Assembly (NCBI GenBank): GCA_964291395.2
Contig: OZ219858.1
Span: forward strand, 32,001-96,000
Direction: 5' to 3'
DNA from: Alphaproteobacteria bacterium
Lineage (GTDB): Bacteria > Pseudomonadota > Alphaproteobacteria > UBA2966
Length of the DNA: 64,000 bases
Under the pieces are notes generated by a model that worked only from the letters and a program-made list of their open reading frames with translations, was not told the origin of the DNA and did no database searches. Of this stretch, positions 27,594 to 38,085 are shown one piece after another; within the stretch, counting starts at the first letter, position 1, and the number at the start of each line of letters is the position of its first letter. Position numbers and translations under genes: made by a program.

Positions 27594-29692
27594 ATGATCC
27601 GACTGGCATTCGACATCGGCGGAACGTTCACCGACATCGTGCTGCACGATTCCCTGTCGGGGGCACTGCACGTCGCCAAGACGTTGACCACGCCGGACGA
27701 CTTGGCTCGTGCGGTCATGACCGGCCTGGATGCGGTTCTGGACGAGACGGGGTGGAAATCCTCCGACATAGACGTCCTCCTTCACGCCACGACCGTGGCG
27801 ACGAACGCCATCCTTGAACGAAAGGGCGCCAAGACGGCGCTCCTGACGACCGAGGGATTCCGGGATGTCCTGATCCTGGGCCGCCAGAAACGTTACGAGA
27901 CTTACGACCTCTATTTTCGCAAACCGGAGCCGTTGACACGACGCCGGCACATCTACGAGGTCTCCGAGCGCCTCGATACCGACGGAAGCGTCATTACGCC
28001 GATCGACATGGATGGTCTCGACTCGGTGGCCGACCGGCTCCTGGCAGAGGGGATCGAGTCGGCCGCGATCGTTTTCCTGCATTCCTATGCCAACGCGGAC
28101 CATGAAAGAGCCGCCGCGCGGCGCCTCGCGGAACGCGTGCCCGGTCTGGTCATCTCGGCGTCCTGCGACATCTCCCCTCGCATCCGTGAATACGAACGCA
28201 GCAGCACGACCCTCGCCAACGCCTTCGTCAAGCCGATCACGGCCCGGTACCTCGACAGACTGCAGGAGACCTTGGGGAAGCGGGGGTTTTCGGCACCGCT
28301 CCACGTGATGCAGTCGAACGGTGGGCTCGTGACGCCGGAGATCGCCCGTGACTATCCCGTCCGCATCGTCGAGTCGGGCCCGGCGGCCGGTGTTCTGCTC
28401 GCGCGGCACATCGGACGTCGGGAATCCACGGACCACGTGCTGACATTCGACATGGGCGGCACGACCGCCAAACTCGGCGTCGTGGACGACGGCGAGCCGG
28501 CCATCACGCCCGCTTTCGAAGTCGACACGATCGACTCCCGGCGCTATAGCGGCTTGCCCCTGTCGACCCCCGCGATCGAGCTTCTGGAGATCGGCGCCGG
28601 CGGCGGCAGCATCGCGGCCACCGACGGACACACCATCCAGGTAGGTCCCCAGAGCGCCGGCGCGGACCCGGGGCCCATCTGCTACGGCGGCGGGGGCGAC
28701 CGGCCGACGGTCACCGACGCCAATCTCGTGCTCGGCTACCTCGATCCGGGATATTTCAACGGCGGTGCCATGACGTTGGATCTGGAGTCGGCGGAGGCCG
28801 GCCTGCGGCGGACGATCGCCGACCCCTTGGGCCTGTCGCTGGAAGACGCGGCATGGGGCATTCACGCGGTCGCCAACGCCAACATGGAGCGCGCGATGCG
28901 GGTCATGTCGGTCGAAAAAGGCCGTGACCCCCGCAAGTACACGCTGGTCGCCTTCGGCGGCGCGGGACCGATCCACGCGGCACGAATCGCGCGCTCGCTC
29001 TCGATTCCCCGCGTCATCGTCCCCGCCGCGGCAGGAGTCGGCTCTGCGGTCGGGCTGCTTACCGCCGAAACCCGCATCGACGTGACCCTCACGCGCACCA
29101 TGGCGCTGGAGGCGAGCGCGAGCAGGCAGATCGCGGCGGCGTATGCGGAACTCGAGTCTCTGGTGGCGCGAGAGGCGCCACGCCTCGGTCCGGCCGCGCC
29201 AAGGCTCTCGCGCTATGCCTATCTCCGACAGGCAGGGCAGGGCTTCGAGATCAACGTCAACCTGCCCGACGGCCCCATCGACGACGGTTACGCCGACCGC
29301 GTGATCGAGGCCTTCCACGCCACGTATGAGCGGGACTACGGCTATCGCGACGAGGCATCCGGTGTCGAGGCCGTGGACTGGTGCCTGGCGGCGACGTTTT
29401 TCGACGATACGACCGGCCAACTCGAGACGAAAGCGGTCCCGCGCGAGGAGAGCGGACGGATCGACGGCGATCGGCAGGTGTATCTGCCCGAATACGGCAC
29501 GCAGGTGTCCTGCCGCATCCTGGACCGTGCAACGCTGCCCGTTCCGATGGTTCCGATGGTTCCGATGGCCTCGTAGGCCCCGCGATCATCGAAGACCCTG
29601 AGTCGACGATACTTGCACTACCGGGCGACCGCCTTAGCATGTCGGAGCGCGGCGACGTCATCATCGCCATCAACGCAAGGGAAAACGGTTGA
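27594..29692 (+). CDS. Hydantoinase A/5-oxoprolinase ATP-binding subunit; apparent 1-nt frameshift at ~29540
   Basis: DIGGTFTD, HATTVATNA, ESGPAAG, DMGGTT, GAGGGSIA, TVTDA; conserved tail GPAIIEDPESTI lies in another frame ending 29692 and overlapping next start. Confidence 0.9.
29541..29567 (+). repeat. 9-bp tandem repeat (GTTCCGATG)x3
   Basis: Read directly; sits at the frameshift point. Confidence 0.95.
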
Positions 29693-31422
29693 ACGACGCG
29701 AACTCACGATCGATGACCGACCTCGGACGGAACGCCCGCATCGACCCCATCACCTTGTCGATCGTCTGGAGCAAGCTGATGTCCATCGTCGAGGAGATGG
29801 GCGGCACGCTGCGCCGCACGGCCTATTCGCCCGCGGTTCGGGAGGGGGACGACTTTTCGTCAGGGTTGTTCGACCGCAAGGGGCGCCTGATCGCCCAGGG
29901 ACAGTTTTCCCCCGCGCATATCGGGGCCATGCCCAATGTCATCCGCAACGTCTCCAAATACATTCCCGTGGAAACTCTGGTCCCCGGCGACGTCATCCTG
30001 TTCAACGATTCGTCGCTGGGCTCCGGCCACTTTCCCGACTTCTTCCTTATCATGCCGGTGTTCGTCGACGACCGGCTCGTCGGCTACTCGGGGGCAACGG
30101 CGCATCACATCGACACCGGTGGCGCGACGCCCGGCTCGCAGGAGATCGCGGGCGTCAGCGAGGCCTACCAGGAAGGGCTCCGGCTCCTGCCCGTGCGCCT
30201 GTTCCGCGCAGGCGAACTGGACGAGGACATCATGCGCACGATCCTCGGCAACGTCCGGGTCCCCGATCTCGTTCAGGGCGACCTCTTCGCGCAGCGGAAC
30301 GCAGCCCACGTCGGCATGACCCGCATGCTCGCAATCTTCGAGGAGTACGGCGAAGAGCTGATCGAGAACACGTTCGAGGAGATTCTCGCCGCCTCCGAAG
30401 CGCGCATGCGCGAGTTCATCCGGACCCTGCCCGATGGGTCCTGGGAATTCGAGGACTTTCTCGACGATGCCGGGCCCCGATCGGACCCCGTGCGTTTCCA
30501 CGTCCGCGTCACCGTCGATGACGGCGATATCGAGCTCGATTTTTCGGGAAGCAGCGATCAGGTCCCGGCGGGGATCAATTCCTACTACAACTTCACCCGG
30601 GCCTGGGGAAACTTCACCGCGATGGCGCTGGCCAAGGCCATTATGCCTCAGAACGAGGGAACCATCCGGCCGATCAAGATCACGGCCCGCGAGGGCTCGT
30701 TCTTCAATGCGGTGCATCCGGCGCCGTCCGGCGGGCGGGCGACCAACCAGGTCCGCCTGTTCGAGGTGGTCAACGGCGCCCTGGCCAAAGCCTTACCCCA
30801 CCGCGCCATGGGGGCCTTCACCCACTGGAGCAACCCCAACATCGGCGGCCTCGACGACCGCACGGGCAAGCCCTTCGTGCAGTACGATCTTCTCTTCGGA
30901 GGCTATGGCGGTCAGCACGACAAGGACGGCGAGGAAGGCATGGCGCCGCTGATGAACTGCACCAACATCCCCGTCGAGGTGTACGAGCATGCGGGGCCCC
31001 TTTTGGTGAAACGCCTCGAGCTGATGGCGGATTCGGGCGGCGCCGGAAAATTCCGCGGCGGACTCGGACTTCGCAAGGACGTTCAACTCAGATGCAAGGA
31101 GGCCCTGGCCACCTTGCTCACCGACCGGCGCAAACACGCGCCTTTCGGCGTCTTCGGTGGCAGTTCCGGCAAGAAGGCGGAGATCATCCTGTTCCGGAAC
31201 GGAGATTCGATTTCGCTCGAGACCAAGGAGACGCGAGCCCTGAAGAAGGGTGACGTGTTGAGCTTCCAACTGTCCGGGGCGGGCGGCTATGGCGACCCGG
31301 CCGAGCGTGAGCCCCGGCGGATCGAGGACGATCTGGCGGACGGTTACGTCACCGAGGAAGGCGCCCGGCGCGACTATGGAGTCGAGATCAAGGACGGCAA
31401 GGTCGTCGGCGGAAAAGCCTAA
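29689..31422 (+). CDS. Hydantoinase B/oxoprolinase family protein
   Basis: DPITLSI, RTAYSPAVRE..D, GHFPD, HHIDTGG, YQEGL, DSGGAGKFRGG, GAGGYGDP. Confidence 0.93.
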   Translation: MNDANSRSMTDLGRNARIDPITLSIVWSKLMSIVEEMGGTLRRTAYSPAVREGDDFSSGLFDRKGRLIAQGQFSPAHIGAMPNVIRNVSKYIPVETLVPGDVILFNDSSLGSGHFPDFFLIMPVFVDDRLVGYSGATAHHIDTGGATPGSQEIAGVSEAYQEGLRLLPVRLFRAGELDEDIMRTILGNVRVPDLVQGDLFAQRNAAHVGMTRMLAIFEEYGEELIENTFEEILAASEARMREFIRTLPDGSWEFEDFLDDAGPRSDPVRFHVRVTVDDGDIELDFSGSSDQVPAGINSYYNFTRAWGNFTAMALAKAIMPQNEGTIRPIKITAREGSFFNAVHPAPSGGRATNQVRLFEVVNGALAKALPHRAMGAFTHWSNPNIGGLDDRTGKPFVQYDLLFGGYGGQHDKDGEEGMAPLMNCTNIPVEVYEHAGPLLVKRLELMADSGGAGKFRGGLGLRKDVQLRCKEALATLLTDRRKHAPFGVFGGSSGKKAEIILFRNGDSISLETKETRALKKGDVLSFQLSGAGGYGDPAEREPRRIEDDLADGYVTEEGARRDYGVEIKDGKVVGGKA

Positions 31423-31444
31423 CGATTGCAGGCGGGGAACGAAC

Positions 31445-33466
31445 ATGGATGAAGTCGGCAAACTCGAACTGATCCGCGAGGCGCTCATCGCGGTTACCCA
31501 GGAAATGAGGGCGAACGTGATCCACTCGTCCTATTCCTCGATCATTTACGAGGGCCATGACTTCTCCACCGCGCTCGTGGGACCCGATGGACGCTACGTG
31601 GCGCAGTGCGACGGGGATCACCCGCTCCACGTCTTCTCGGTACCGTATTCGACACGGAAGATCCTCGAGGAATTCGGAGACGACATCCGTGAAGGCGACA
31701 TATTTCTTCACAACGACCCTTACACGGGCGGAACGCATCTGAACGATATCCTGCAACTGCATCCCGTCGTCCATGAGGGCGACATCGTGATGTTCGCGGC
31801 CATCCGCTACCACTTCGGCGACGTGGGCGGCATGACGGCGGGCAGCCTGTCGGGCGAAGCGCGTGAGATCTTCCAGGAAGGCCTTCGCATCACGCCCACG
31901 AAAATCTGCAACTCAGGGGTGATGAACGAAGCTTACCTCAGCCTCCTCTTCAACAATATGCGCCAACCCCTGGAGCGCCGCGGTGACTTCAACGCCATGT
32001 ACGGCACCGGCCGCAAGGCGGTCGAACACGTCCAGCGCCTGTGCCGGCGATTCGGGAAGAAAGACCTGCTGGAAGCGATCGACGAGATCCTCGCCCGCTC
32101 CGAGAGGGTCATGCGAAGCCGCATCCGGGCCCTCGAAGACGGCGACTACTACGCCGAGGGATTCATGGAGAGCACGGGCACGAGTCCCGAGCCCCTGGTC
32201 CTGCGCCTCAAGCTGAGCGTGAAAGGCGATCGCCTGATCGCGGACTACACGGGGACCTCGCCGCAGACCGCGGGACCCACCAACGTCGGTCCGGCGATGA
32301 CGATGACGTCCCTCTGCACGATCGTGAAGTCCTTCCTCGACCCGGGAACCCCCGTCAATCACGGCTCGTTCGAGCCCATCGAGATCGTCTCGCCGCCCGG
32401 CACCTTCATCAACGCGACGTACCCCGCCGCCTGCGGCGGCATGACGGAGGTCAAGACCCTGCTGGACTCGGTAGGCTCGACCGCCATGGGCCAGGCGGTC
32501 CCGGAGATGAAGGTCGGGGACCTCAAGGGGGGCGCCAATCACACGTACATTTCCGGACCGGATCCGCACCGCGACGACGACATCTACTTGCTTTATGAAT
32601 GGATCGCCGGCGGGACCGGGGCGTCGGAAGGCCACGACGGCAACAACGGCGTGCGCAATTACACCGAAGGCGACTTCAACTCGGTCCACGCGGTCGAAAT
32701 CGTCGAGAGCCAGTACCCGATCGCCGTCGACCGCTTCGAGATCCGCGCAGGATCCTGCGGCGACGGCAAGTGGCGGGGCGGCTTCGGCGTACGCCGCGAT
32801 GTCCGGGTCAAGAGCGACACCGGCGCGCTGTCGGTCCTCACCGACAAGTGCGTCATCCCGCCCTTCGGCGTGCACGGCGCCAAGAACGGCGCGGGCAACC
32901 ATTTCGTCGTCATCCGCGACGGCGAATTCCTCGAACCATCCGCCGTTCCGGGCAAGGTCTCCGGCTTCCCGCTTCGGCAAGAAGACGTGGTGCGCGAGGA
33001 GTCCGCGGGCGGCGGCGGCTACGGGGACCCCCTCGAGCGGGACCCGGACCTGGTGGCAATGGACGTCCGCCTGGGCTACTTCACGGCCGATCAGGCGGAC
33101 AGGCGATACGGCGTGGTCCTGAATGCGGATGGCAGCGTCGACGGGCCCGCGACCGGGCGCCGCCGGCAGGAGCTAGGGGACGAGCGTATCCACGTGGCCG
33201 TCCAAGCGGCCAACGAGGAGATGAACGCCGGCGCGAAGCGCGAATTCGTCGTGCCGTCCGACGTGGCCGCGCGGTTGGGGATCGGCGAAGGCGACCTCGT
33301 CGAGCTGATCGCCGGTACCGGACCGCTCGTGCGGGGGTGGGCGCGCATCGGCGATGCCGACGGCGACGCACCGGTCATGGTCGGCGCATCGGCGTTCAAC
33401 CTCCTGAAGGCGGCGCCGGGAGGACCGACGGAGATTCGGCGAGTCGTCTCCACACCGCCGGAGTAG
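31445..33466 (+). CDS. Hydantoinase B/oxoprolinase family protein with C-terminal extension
   Basis: HNDPYTGGTHLND, HFGDVGG, FQEGLRI, GGGGYGDPLERD; about 90 extra C-terminal residues. Confidence 0.93.
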   Translation: MDEVGKLELIREALIAVTQEMRANVIHSSYSSIIYEGHDFSTALVGPDGRYVAQCDGDHPLHVFSVPYSTRKILEEFGDDIREGDIFLHNDPYTGGTHLNDILQLHPVVHEGDIVMFAAIRYHFGDVGGMTAGSLSGEAREIFQEGLRITPTKICNSGVMNEAYLSLLFNNMRQPLERRGDFNAMYGTGRKAVEHVQRLCRRFGKKDLLEAIDEILARSERVMRSRIRALEDGDYYAEGFMESTGTSPEPLVLRLKLSVKGDRLIADYTGTSPQTAGPTNVGPAMTMTSLCTIVKSFLDPGTPVNHGSFEPIEIVSPPGTFINATYPAACGGMTEVKTLLDSVGSTAMGQAVPEMKVGDLKGGANHTYISGPDPHRDDDIYLLYEWIAGGTGASEGHDGNNGVRNYTEGDFNSVHAVEIVESQYPIAVDRFEIRAGSCGDGKWRGGFGVRRDVRVKSDTGALSVLTDKCVIPPFGVHGAKNGAGNHFVVIRDGEFLEPSAVPGKVSGFPLRQEDVVREESAGGGGYGDPLERDPDLVAMDVRLGYFTADQADRRYGVVLNADGSVDGPATGRRRQELGDERIHVAVQAANEEMNAGAKREFVVPSDVAARLGIGEGDLVELIAGTGPLVRGWARIGDADGDAPVMVGASAFNLLKAAPGGPTEIRRVVSTPPE

Positions 33467-33547
33467 CTGTCGTTGCCCTAGCCCTGCCTCTCTCGTCTCT
33501 CGCCTCGGCAAATCCTCCGGCGGGGGTGGGAGGGGGGAGTCGAACGG

Positions 33548-34693
33548 CTAGTCCAACTCCCGCAACAAACGCAGCAGGAACCGGGACCGCTCGCAAAGGC
33601 GGTCGACGACGATATGCTCGTGTTCGGCATGGGCGCCGGCACCCACCACGCCGAGGCCGTCGAGGGTCGGTACGCCGAGAGCCGCGGCGAAGTTTCCGTC
33701 CGAGACGCCGCCCGCCCATGTCTCCTTCAGGTCGAGGCCCACATCGGCCGCGACCGACTTCGCCCGCTCGAAAAGAGCCATACCGGCCTCGCTGCGCTCG
33801 AACGGCGGGCGGTTGATGCCACCCAGAACCTCCACCTCGATATCCTCCCCTTCGGCCCGCAGCCCGAGAAGGACCTGCTCCAGTTCGTCCGCCTCCGCCG
33901 GGTCGGCGAAGCGGAGATCGACTTCGGCCTCCGCCTCTTCCGGCACCACGTTCGGCCGCGTCCCGCCGCGTACCGTTCCCACGTTGAGCGTGACACCGCG
34001 CCCGTAGTCCGTCATGGCCTCGATCTTCACGATCATGCGCGCCAGTTCCGCAATCGCGCTCCGCCCCAACCGATGGTCGGATCCTGCATGCGCCGCCCGG
34101 CCCCGCACGCGAATGCGGAACCGCCCCCATCCGCTCCGCGTCGTTACGGCAGCACCATGCGGCGGCCGCGCAGGCTCGTTCACGAGCACGTATTTCGCCC
34201 GCCGGGCCTCGGCTTCGATAACCTCCCGCGAAGTCGGGCTGCCGACCTCCTCGTCCGAGACGAGAACGACCGTTATGGGCAGCGGAGGCCTGTCATCGGA
34301 CGCCATGATCGTTCGGATGGCGTCGCAGACCAGGTAGGCGCCTCCCTTCATGTCGTAGATGCCGGGCCCGTACGCCTTGCCGTCCTCCACCCGGAACGGG
34401 CGTGCTTCCAGGGTGCCCATCGACCACACCGTATCGAGGTGGCCGAGCACCATGATCCCGGCCTCATTGGTCGCCCAGGGCGTTCGGCCGATCAGGTGAT
34501 CGCCAAAGCCGTCCCGTCCCGGAATTCGTTCGGTTTCCAGACCAGCGTCGCCGAGGCTTCCCTCGACCAAGTCGACCATGCGATTGACCGCATCCGCGTC
34601 GGTGGACGGCGACTCGATCTCCACCCAGGATCGAATGCCCGCGAGCAGCCGTTGGTTTTCCTCTTGGGTTTCGGCCATTGCCTGAGCGTTCAA
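33548..34693 (-). CDS. M20 family metallopeptidase (glutamate carboxypeptidase-like)
   Basis: IESPS, GHLDTVW, GPGIYDMKGG, SDEEVGS, SDGN, GAHAEHE. Confidence 0.93.
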   Translation of the reverse strand: MNAQAMAETQEENQRLLAGIRSWVEIESPSTDADAVNRMVDLVEGSLGDAGLETERIPGRDGFGDHLIGRTPWATNEAGIMVLGHLDTVWSMGTLEARPFRVEDGKAYGPGIYDMKGGAYLVCDAIRTIMASDDRPPLPITVVLVSDEEVGSPTSREVIEAEARRAKYVLVNEPARPPHGAAVTTRSGWGRFRIRVRGRAAHAGSDHRLGRSAIAELARMIVKIEAMTDYGRGVTLNVGTVRGGTRPNVVPEEAEAEVDLRFADPAEADELEQVLLGLRAEGEDIEVEVLGGINRPPFERSEAGMALFERAKSVAADVGLDLKETWAGGVSDGNFAAALGVPTLDGLGVVGAGAHAEHEHIVVDRLCERSRFLLRLLRELD

Positions 34694-35553
34694 ACCTTGA
34701 TGAAGGGGTTGATCGCCTCCGGCTCCGCCTCACCCTCTCGCTGATCGAGATAGGCTTGGGCGACCTGCTCGCAGGTGGCGAACCAGACGTCATCGAATTC
34801 CCGCATGAAGGCGATGAATTCCCGCAGCAGGGCGATTCGCGACGGGCGCCCGATGCCCTGCGGGTGCATGACGAGGTCGAGATAAGCGCCCCAGCTATGG
34901 ATCTCGCGGAACTCCTCCCTCCAGATCGACAGGATATGCTCGTTGGTCGCCATCGGTCGCGGCACGCTGATGGTGAAGAAAAGGTAAGGCGCGTCGTCGG
35001 TCGACCAGTGCCAGGGCAGTTCCACAGGGCCGGGACGTCCGTCCTCAAGCACATGCTGGTAGGGGACGATGTCGTCCAGCAGAGAGCTGTCGTAGAGGAA
35101 GCCGCGGTCAGTCAGGAGACGAAGCTGATCCATCGTGGTCTCGCCGGCCGGGGACCTGTAGCCGACGGGTCGCACGCCAACGGTCTTCTCCAGGGCTTCC
35201 AGGCCCCGATCCAGCTCTTCCAGGACCTCGTCCGGCTTGTCGGGATCGGGCCATTTGTGGAGATAGCCGTGGTGGGCGACTTCGTGGCCGTGTTCGAGGA
35301 TCATTTCGACCCGCTGCGTGCGGTTCTCGGCGACCCAACCAGGGACGAAGAAGGTTGCCGGCAACCCTTCGTCCTTGAGAAGCTCAAGGATCCGGGGAAC
35401 ACCGACCTTGGCGCCGTAGGTGCCATAGGAGAGGGTGCCGGGACGCTTGAGATTTTCGGGATCGCGGCTGATCCAGTTGGTCTCGGAGTCGAAATCGAAC
35501 GACAGCGACACCGCGCATCTGGCGCCGTCCGGCCACGTGACGTTGTGTATCAT
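34690..35553 (-). CDS. Polysaccharide deacetylase family protein (PuuE/HpPgdA-like)
   Basis: WPDGARCAVSLSFDFD, ATFFVPG, HEVAHHGYLH, GYRSP, YDSS, MHPQ. Confidence 0.92.
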   Translation of the reverse strand: MIHNVTWPDGARCAVSLSFDFDSETNWISRDPENLKRPGTLSYGTYGAKVGVPRILELLKDEGLPATFFVPGWVAENRTQRVEMILEHGHEVAHHGYLHKWPDPDKPDEVLEELDRGLEALEKTVGVRPVGYRSPAGETTMDQLRLLTDRGFLYDSSLLDDIVPYQHVLEDGRPGPVELPWHWSTDDAPYLFFTISVPRPMATNEHILSIWREEFREIHSWGAYLDLVMHPQGIGRPSRIALLREFIAFMREFDDVWFATCEQVAQAYLDQREGEAEPEAINPFIKV

Positions 35554-35656
35554 GTGAGTTCCTCCCCGTCCCGACCCCGGTGCACCGAAGCCCCCGATCG
35601 CGCGAGACTCTAGTGGGCGGAACCACGCCGAACAACAAGCCCGCCCCCGCTCGTCG

Positions 35657-36598
35657 CTAGCCGTGCAGGGCGGACTTGGCGAGCATCATGTGCACGCCCT
35701 TGTGCTGGTTGACGATTTGGCTGACATGAAGGTCGGCCGCGATGCTGCAAAGCGTGTACGCGTCTTCCTTCGACAGATTGGCCCGCTCCTGGATCAGGGT
35801 CAGCATATCCCCCAACGCCTTCTTGGCCGCGTCGTCGAGATCGGGATCGAAAGCCATGGTGATGTAGTGGGTCGGCGTCTCCGCCCGCGGCGAGTCCAGT
35901 TCCATGTCCTTGCGCAGGTGAAGCTCGAACGTACCCGACAGGCAGGTCTCGATGGCGGTGACGCAGACTTCGCCGTCCCCCTGGGCAGCATGCCCGTCGC
36001 CCGCGGAGAACAAGGCACCCGGGTTGAACACGGGAAGATAGAGAGTGGTGCCCGGCAGCAAGTCCTTGACGTCCATATTGCCGCCGTGCTGACGCGGAAT
36101 GATCGAGGTGATGCGTCCCCAGGCGGGCGGTGGCGCCACCCCCATTACACCGAAGAAGGGGGTGAGCGGCAGGTCGACGCCCCAGGGCAGCTCGGCGACC
36201 ATGCGCTCGCGGTCCAACGGGATATGAAGGAGCCGCTTGTCGGGGAACTCCTCGGGCAAGGCACCCGCCAAGGGGCGGATGAGGTTCCAACCCCAGTCCT
36301 GGCGCAGCCGGACGTCCAGGATGCGCACCTCGAGAACGTCCCCGGGCACGGCGCCGCGGACGGCCACCGGGCCCGTCATGATGTGACCGACGGGTTCCGG
36401 GGGCACGTTCTCGTGCACCTCGAGGTGTTCGGGGAGTATCTCGAACCTGCCGTGGGGCAGGACCTCGGGCGTTCCGGAAAGGCAGTGAAGCGTGACGGCA
36501 TCACCCGGCTCGACCTCGAGGACCGGCGGCAGCGACGCGTCGAAGATTCCCCAGTGAACCGTCCGGGGACCGGCATGGAGCTCGTGATGTCGTCCCAT
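35657..36598 (-). CDS. Acetamidase/formamidase family protein
   Basis: TVHWG.FD, HIMTGPV, GGNMD, GDGHAAQGDGEV. Confidence 0.93.
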   Translation of the reverse strand: MGRHHELHAGPRTVHWGIFDASLPPVLEVEPGDAVTLHCLSGTPEVLPHGRFEILPEHLEVHENVPPEPVGHIMTGPVAVRGAVPGDVLEVRILDVRLRQDWGWNLIRPLAGALPEEFPDKRLLHIPLDRERMVAELPWGVDLPLTPFFGVMGVAPPPAWGRITSIIPRQHGGNMDVKDLLPGTTLYLPVFNPGALFSAGDGHAAQGDGEVCVTAIETCLSGTFELHLRKDMELDSPRAETPTHYITMAFDPDLDDAAKKALGDMLTLIQERANLSKEDAYTLCSIAADLHVSQIVNQHKGVHMMLAKSALHG

Positions 36599-36641
36599 CC
36601 GCAATCCTTTCCCGCCGAGCCGGGATCGGTCGACCTCCGGT

Positions 36642-37826
36642 TCAGGCGGACTGACCGACCGCGGCCTCCCGTCTCCGTTTCAGGAGCAGCCACAACGTCG
36701 CGGCCAACGCCGCCAACAGGAACGGTATGGCGCCGAGGTTCACCGTATTCCAACCGAAGACGTGCAACAATCCGCCCGACGAGAGCGACGCTAAGGCCAC
36801 GGAGCCGAACACGAGGAAGTCGTTGAGCCCCTGCACCTTGGCCTTTTCCGCCGGATCGTGGGCTTCCGTGAGCAGGGTCGTCCCGCCGATGAAGAGGAAG
36901 TTCCAGCCCACACCCAGCAGGACCAGCGCGATCCAGAAATGATAGAGGGTGATTCCCGCCACGGCAGCCGCAACGCTCCCGAACAGGAGCAGCGCCCCCG
37001 TCACCATGATCCTGAGAACGCCGAAGCGGCCGATGAGATGGCCGGTGAAGAAGGACGGCGCAAACATGCCGATGACGTGCCACTCGATGACGAAGATGGT
37101 TCTGCTGTAGGACAGGTCGCAGGCGATCATCGCCAGAGGACTCGCGGTCATCACGAGGCTCATGACGCTGAAACCCACCATGGCCCCGACGACGGCAACG
37201 GCAAACACCGGCTGGCGGACGATTTCGGAAAGCGGACGCCCGGTTTCCCGCCGCTCTTCCGGAGTCAGGCTCGGGAGTCTCAGTTGCGTCAGCAGCAGGA
37301 TGACGAGCAGACACAGCAGGATGACGGAGAGATAGGTGCCGAGAAACGTGTACGGCGCAAAGAAATCCTTCGTGAACTTGCTGCTCTCCGGCCCCAGCAC
37401 GCCGCCGACGATCCCTGCCGCCAGGACCCATGAGATGGCCCTGGCCTTGAAATCGGAAGACGCGGACTCGGCGGCGGCGAACCGGTACTGATGGGCGAAG
37501 GCATTCTGGGTTCCCAGAAAGAACGTTCCCAGGCCGAACAACCAGAAGTTTCCGATATAGATCGCGTAGCTGCACAACAGTCCGCCGACCATGCCGACGG
37601 CGGCGCCCGACATGAACCCATAGCGCCGGCCGACGATCCGCATCCACTGGGCGGCGGGAATCGTCGACAACGCGACGCCGATGACGAAGGTGCTCGCCGG
37701 CAGCGTCGCAAACGCCTTGTTCTCCGCCAGACTCTGGCCGATCAGCCCCGCCAAAGCGACGACCGTTACGCTGACGACGAGCGCGACGGCCTGGCAGCCC
37801 GCCAGGATGGCGATGTTCCGGTTCAT
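36642..37826 (-). CDS. MFS transporter
   Basis: YRFAAAE, MTASPLAM, HVIGMFAPSFFTG, GWNFLFIGGT. Confidence 0.92.
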   Translation of the reverse strand: MNRNIAILAGCQAVALVVSVTVVALAGLIGQSLAENKAFATLPASTFVIGVALSTIPAAQWMRIVGRRYGFMSGAAVGMVGGLLCSYAIYIGNFWLFGLGTFFLGTQNAFAHQYRFAAAESASSDFKARAISWVLAAGIVGGVLGPESSKFTKDFFAPYTFLGTYLSVILLCLLVILLLTQLRLPSLTPEERRETGRPLSEIVRQPVFAVAVVGAMVGFSVMSLVMTASPLAMIACDLSYSRTIFVIEWHVIGMFAPSFFTGHLIGRFGVLRIMVTGALLLFGSVAAAVAGITLYHFWIALVLLGVGWNFLFIGGTTLLTEAHDPAEKAKVQGLNDFLVFGSVALASLSSGGLLHVFGWNTVNLGAIPFLLAALAATLWLLLKRRREAAVGQSA

Positions 37827-37950
37827 GCGGATTTCTCTGCTTGATCGCGAACGGGGACAGATCGTCCCTCAATGTCGCGCCTCAGGCAATACGGGAGCAA
37901 GATCGACGGCCACATGCCTCCCATGCGCCTGCCGCACCCCGCCCAACCCG

Positions 37951-38000
37951 GCGGAACGAAGCGGGACAAGCCGGGACTAGGCGAGACTAAGCGAGACACG
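37951..38000. repeat. Degenerate 10-bp tandem repeat x5 in divergent intergenic region
   Basis: GCGGAACGAA GCGGGACAAG CCGGGACTAG GCGAGACTAA GCGAGACACG. Confidence 0.7.
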
Positions 38001-38085
38001 TTGTGCCGGGGACGGCGAATCGACAAAGGCAGGCAACTCCCCCACGATAGGCACCGACCCTTTCCGGCAACCGTGGACGGAGCGA

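Noticed and set aside
37951-38000. CRISPR array
   Set aside because: 10-bp units with no spacers and no cas genes; no array seen anywhere in the window
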